A stretch of DNA of 13,829 nt from contig NW_021825684.1 in the NCBI RefSeq assembly GCF_006345805.1, forward strand, positions 1-13,829, in the 5' to 3' direction. Shown one piece after another: positions 9,102 to 13,829 of the stretch. A model generated the notes under the pieces. It did not search any database and had not been told where the DNA came from. It saw nothing but the letters and a program-made list of their open reading frames with translations. The DNA is from Octopus sinensis (Eukaryota). A program made the translations under genes and the position numbers. Position 1 is the first letter of the stretch. Each line of letters begins with the position of its first letter.

Positions 9102-9183
9102 CACGATGATAATAATGATGATGATGATGATGATGATAATAATAATGATGATAATAATAATAATAATAATGATAATAATAATA

Positions 9184-9222
<39 letters not shown>

Positions 9223-9305
9223 GTGGTGATGATGACGACGATGATAATAATGATGAAGATGATGATGATGATAATAATAATAATGATAATAATAATAATA
9301 ATAAA
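9001..9305. repeat. Compound (AAT)/(GAT)n microsatellite
   Basis: Direct reading. Confidence 0.97.
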
Positions 9306-9334
9306 GGTAATATATTAAAGACTAAATTGATACT

Positions 9335-9580
9335 ATCTTCGTCGTCCTCCTCCTCCTCATCTTTATCTTCATCCTCATCCTCATCATCGTCACCATCACT
9401 ACCGCCACCACCACCACCACCACCGCCACCACCGCCACCACCACCACAACTGCCAACATCCTTCTCCCTTCCTCTTCACCATCATCATCGTCGTTATCAT
9501 CATCACTACTCCCACCACCATCATCATCATCATCCGCACAGCCGTCATCATCATCATCATCATCGTCATCATCATCACCA
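9335..9580. repeat. Compound (TCC)/(CCA)/(TCA)n microsatellite
   Basis: Direct reading. Confidence 0.95.
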
Positions 9581-9709
9581 TTACAGATTGATCCTTGGAA
9601 GATTACGTCTTTGATTTTCAAACGGGGATAAAATAGAGAGAAAAAACAACCAAAAGCAAAACAAAGCAAAAAGCTGGAAAGATTTCTATCAGCCTTTTTA
9701 AAACATTTA

Positions 9710-10000
9710 TGTTTCATTTCCTCTTTCTTCATCTTCGTGTTCTTCTTGTTGTTATGGTTGCTATTATTGTTATTGCTGTTGTTGTCGTTGTCGTTGTTGT
9801 TCTTGTTCTTCATGCTGTCGTCATCGTCGTAGTTGTTGTCCTTCGTCTTCTTAAATTTTTCTTTTTTTCCTCCTCCTTCTTCTTCGTCTTCTTCATTTCT
9901 TCTTCAATTCTTCTTCTCCTCCTCCTCCTCCTCCTCTTCTCTTCTTCTTCTTCTTCTTCTTCTTCTCTTCTTCTTCTTCTTCTCTTTCATCTTCTTCAAT

Positions 10001-10053
<53 letters not shown>

Positions 10054-10232
10054 TTATTATTATTATTATTATTATCATTATTATTATTGTTGTTGTTTTT
10101 GTTGTTATTGTCATTGTTATTATCATCATCATCATCATCATCATCACTACCACCACCACCACTAAAACCACCAAAACCACCACCACCACCACCACCACCA
10201 CCACCACCATCATCGTCACCATCATCATCATT
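9710..10232. repeat. Compound (TTG)/(TTC)/(TCA)/(TTA)/(CCA)n microsatellite
   Basis: Direct reading; explains ORFs 9709-10330. Confidence 0.95.
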
Positions 10233-10494
10233 TCATTCTCCCTCCATTTCTTCGAACGCTGAAAGCACTTAGAAAGGTTGTTTTTAGTTTTGCAGTGCGC
10301 CAAACCTAACCCAACGTTTTTTGTTTTCATAAACTGTTAATTCAAATGTCATACTTCGATCTAAGGCCGACTTATTGAATCGTTCGTTCATATTAGAATA
10401 TATTCGATTAGATTGGAGATCTGTAGACGGTCGAATTAATATAACATAAGACTTAGATCGTTCCCATGTCTGTGTCTTGTGTGGTATTGAAGAA

Positions 10495-10657
10495 ATGTGA
10501 CTGCCTGGTTAAGAAGCTCGCTCTGCAATCACTGCGGCGTTTCAGGTTCAATCCCGCTGTGCGGCAACTTGAACTGGTAGATTCTAAAATAGGACCGGGT
10601 CGAAAAATGCCTTATGAGCGAGTTTGATAGACGGAAACTGTGCGGAAGTTTTTCGTT
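10495..10657 (+). mobile_element. Family B-related SINE, strongly diverged 5' half
   Basis: ggttaagaagctcgct..caggttcaatcccgctg..gccttatgagcgagtttgatagacggaaactg aligns loosely to 11069-11225. Confidence 0.7.
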
Positions 10658-10659
10658 TA

Positions 10660-10919
10660 TATGAATATATGAGTATGTATGTGTGGTGTGTATATATATG
10701 TATACGTATATGTATGAATGTATATATGTATATGTGTGTGTGTGTGTACACATGTGAATGTATATATATGTGTGTGTATAGGGATATGTGTATATATGTA
10801 TATATATATATATAGTGTATATGCGTTTTGTGTGGTGTATGTATATATTTATATATATGTATACGTATATGTATATATGTATATGTGTGTATGTGTGTAT
10901 GAATATATATGTATGTATG

Positions 10920-10956
<37 letters not shown>

Positions 10957-11068
10957 GGATAAGTTAATATGGGGATATGTGTGTGTATATATATAGGGAT
11001 GTATATATATATGTATATGTGTATGTATACGTATATGTATGTATATATGTATGTGTGTGTGTGTGTGT
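10660..11068. repeat. Degenerate (TA)/(TG)/(TATG) tract
   Basis: Direct reading. Confidence 0.93.
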
Positions 11069-11467
11069 GCCGTGGCTGTGAGGCAAGAAGCTTGCTTCCC
11101 AGCCACATGGTTCCGGGTTCAAGCCCGCTGCATGGCACCTTGCATAAGTGTCTTCTAATATAGCCTCGGGCCGACCAAAGCCTTGTGAGTGGATTTGCTA
11201 GATAGAAACTGAAAGAAGCCCGTCGTATATAAACTTATGTCTGTGTGCTTGTGTCTGTGTTTGTCTCCCCCCACACACACACACAATCCTTTGACAACCG
11301 ATGCTGGAGTTTACGTCCCCGTAACCTAGCGGTTCGGCATAAGAGACCGATGGAATAAGATCTAGGCTTACGAAGAATAAGTCCAGGGGTTGATTTCTTC
11401 GACTAAAGGTGGCACTCCAGCATGGCCACTGTCAAAGTAAAAGAAACAAGTAAAAGAATAAAAGAAT
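11069..11467 (+). mobile_element. tRNA-derived CORE-type SINE, family B, essentially full length
   Basis: Head gtggctgtgaggcaagaagcttgcttcccagccacatggttccgggttcaagccc (B box ggttcaagccc), CORE-like tggcaccttgcataagtgtctt, internal TG/CA tract, 3' body and an A-rich end followed by (TATG)n. Confidence 0.9.
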
Positions 11468-11592
11468 GTATATGTATGTATGTATGGATGGATGGATGGA
11501 TGGATGGATGGTTGAATGGGGTGCAGAACAGAGAGAGAGAAAGAGAGACAGACAGACAGAGACTGAGAAATCGAAAGAGAGAGACACACACA
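11468..11592. repeat. (TATG)/(GATG)n and (GA)n microsatellites
   Basis: Direct reading. Confidence 0.92.
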
Positions 11593-11599
11593 TGCGTCG

Positions 11600-11680
11600 C
11601 CTTGTAGGTAAGTAGATTGCTTCCCAACCACATGCTTCTGCGTTCAGCTCCACTGCGTGTGCGTGGCACCTTGGACGAGT
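11600..11680 (+). mobile_element. Family B SINE head fragment
   Basis: ggtaagtagattgcttcccaaccacatgcttctgcgttcagctccactgcgtg..tggcaccttggacgagtg aligns to the heads at 11069 and 8333; it breaks off within the core. Confidence 0.75.
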
Positions 11681-11689
11681 GCAACACCG

Positions 11690-11760
11690 GACATACAATA
11701 CTAGCATCGGCCACGGCTGCGATCTCACTTTGGCCGCCGGGTCTTCTCAATCACAGCGTC
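11690..11760 (-). mobile_element. Possible RTE-like LINE 3' terminal fragment
   Basis: Minus strand reads DAVIEKTRRPK* followed by a GC-rich short UTR; resembles RTE ORF ends from memory only and is very short. Confidence 0.35.
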
Positions 11761-12170
11761 CTTAAATAAACTCGGTTTACCATTACTTTTTTTCTGACAT
11801 GATGATGGAGCGTTTCGATTCCATTATCCAGCATTTGAAAGAGAGTTTAACCTGGGACGGATTGCTGTGGAAGTATTTTGATTTCGGTCATTTATTCGCT
11901 ATGAAAAACCAGGTTAAGATTTGGTCTCGTGAATCCTTGAGTTCCCGACAAACTTCAGCCTTATCTGAATCAATGACGACGGTGCTCCAGTATGGCATCG
12001 CACATGTGTTCGTGGCAAAAATTGCTGTTTCTTGGTGTTAATATTATTAACAACTACTGTTTCTTGTTAAATTGTTGAATTATTTAACTGTTGGAGCTTT
12101 CATTTCAAAATACTGAGTGCTTGTGGAAAGCACGCGTTGTTCGTTCCCCTGATGGGGGGAAGAATGTCGT

Positions 12171-12720
12171 CTAGCGAGGAGCGTACCGTTGGTCTAGCGA
12201 GGAGCGTACCGTTGGTCTAGCGAGGAGCCTACCGCTGGTCTAGCGAGGAGCGTACCGTTGGTCTAGCGAGGAGCCTACCGTTGGTCTAGCGAGGAGCCTA
12301 CCGTTGGTCTAGCGAGGAGCCTATCGTTGGTCTAGCGAGGAGCGTACCGTTGGTCTAGCGAGGAGCCTACCGTTGGTCTAGCGAGGAGCGTACCGTTGGT
12401 CTAGCGAGGAGCGTACCGTTGGTCTAGCGAGGAGCGTACCGTTGGTCTAGCGAGGAGCCTACCGTTGGTCTAGCGAGGAGCCTACCGTTGGTCTAGCGAG
12501 GAGCCTACCGTTGGTCTAGCGAGGAGCCTACCGTTGGTCTAGCGAGGAGCCTACCGCTGGTCTAGCGAGGAGCCTATCGTTGGTCTAGTGAGGAGCGAAC
12601 CGTTGGTCTAGCGAGGAGCCTACCGTTGGTCTAGCGAGGAGCCTACCATTGGTCTAGCGAGGAGCCTACCGCTGGTCTAGCGAGGAGCCTACCGTTGGTC
12701 TAGCGAGGAGCCTACCGTTG
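12171..12720. repeat. 23-bp GC-rich minisatellite, 23 full copies plus a 21-nt partial; consensus CTAGCGAGGAGC(C/G)TACCGTTGGT
   Basis: Exact 23-nt period with no indels across 550 bp; 14/23 G+C in a strongly AT-rich window. Confidence 0.99.
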
Positions 12721-13009
12721 CAAACGAAACATCAGAGAGCTTATCAGCTCTCACACTGGATGATGTGATGGCCTATAAAGAGAAACAGCGGTGATGTTAT
12801 ATACAAACATGGATTTGGTTCTCACATATAATCACAACATATTGAACGCATGACGGAGAAAAAGAGTGAAGAAAGAAAAGAAAAACATAGAAACTCTGTA
12901 CTGAAGCCAATGTGAACACATCAAGCTGTTTAAGTTATCTTTTTTGCTGACTGCTTCTAAACTGAAATTTAATTCCAGGGGAAATTTAGAGCTTAAATTT
13001 ATTGATGAA

Positions 13010-13145
13010 GTATACGTACGTGTACGTGTATATTTATGTGTATGTGTATATGTAGGTGAATGTATATATGTATGTGTATGTGAATATGTTTGTGTATGTT
13101 TGTGTATGTGTGCATGTATATGTATATATGTATATGTGTGTGTGA
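13010..13145. repeat. Degenerate (TATG)/(TG) tract
   Basis: Direct reading. Confidence 0.9.
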
Positions 13146-13224
13146 AATTTTTGTGTTTTATCATAACGACGGTTTCTTCCTCAGGTTTCACAGCAAAAAG
13201 AAACGCTAGCGTTTGTAGTTGTGA

Positions 13225-13226
13225 TA

Positions 13227-13280
<54 letters not shown>

Positions 13281-13291
13281 ACAACAACAGC

Positions 13292-13326
<35 letters not shown>

Positions 13327-13425
13327 CAACAACAACAACAATAATAATAATAATAGTAATAATAATAATAATAATAATAGTAATAATAATAATAATAATA
13401 ATGATGATGATGATGATGATAATAA
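13225..13425. repeat. Compound (TAG)/(AAC)/(AAT)/(GAT)n microsatellite
   Basis: Direct reading. Confidence 0.97.
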
Positions 13426-13829
13426 TGGATAAAAGATTGGGAAATGCCATTAAAGAGAATTTGAAGTGTATTTGAAAACAAAAAAAAATTCATCAAGTTG
13501 TATTAGTTTTTCTCTGATTAATGTTTATATATAAAGCGAAAAGAAGGAACTGTTCAAAGAAATATATAATTGGATTGCTATCTTTGATAATAATAAACAA
13601 GAATTCGTATGAAGAAGAGGAGCGAAAAAATAAAAGAAAAAGAAATTAAGAAGAAAGCATGAACAAGTGTGATACACGATAGAAGAGAGTCTTCAATTTA
13701 ACACAGCCTCGCTATAATATTAAAAGATCCAATGAAATTGTCTTCATTACCTGACTAATTACATCACTTATTATTGTTGCTCAATTGTTACACGATTAAA
13801 ATTTCTTCATATTCTTCGGAAAGATTTAA

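Noticed and set aside
3327-11467. tRNA genes (A/B boxes)
   Set aside because: The boxes belong to SINE heads that run into repeat bodies; no complete cloverleaf with an acceptor stem.
11799-12041. 80-aa ATG-initiated ORF (MMMERFDSII..)
   Set aside because: No recognisable motif or splice support; the length is within chance expectation.
12171-12720. CRISPR array
   Set aside because: Units are directly adjacent with no unique spacers, there are no cas genes, and the context is eukaryotic.
12149-12730. CTGATG left of the array and CGAAAC right of it suggesting a hammerhead with the array as stem II
   Set aside because: The core reads CTGATGG rather than CTGANGA, there is no closing stem II, no stem I pairing and no NUH site.

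Overview
AT-rich, non-coding eukaryotic DNA. The repeat landscape strongly resembles an Octopus/coleoid cephalopod genome (inference from recognised repeat styles, not from a search). No intact protein-coding gene is supportable: almost all ORFs in the track are translations of tri- and tetranucleotide microsatellites. Between the microsatellites lie (i) decayed non-LTR retrotransposon pieces: an L1/Tx1-like ORF1 plus APE endonuclease start at ~1230-2690 (-), RTE-like 3' ends at ~3603-3756 and ~11690-11760 (-), and an R4/Dong/NeSL-like restriction-like-endonuclease C-terminus plus 3' UTR at 6965-7462 (+) sitting inside (CATA)n; (ii) at least three families of tRNA-derived SINEs (about 8 copies); (iii) a minimal type-I hammerhead ribozyme motif of the Penelope-like-element kind at 7716-7751; and (iv) a very homogeneous, GC/CpG-rich 23-bp minisatellite of about 24 copies at 12171-12720 with hairpins in both flanks. 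The most unusual observations are a SINE insertion with a 17-bp target-site duplication that carries its own 3' terminus and tail in front of its head (permuted or tandem template), the RLE element nested in (CATA)n, the hammerhead with a core variant, and the 23-bp array.
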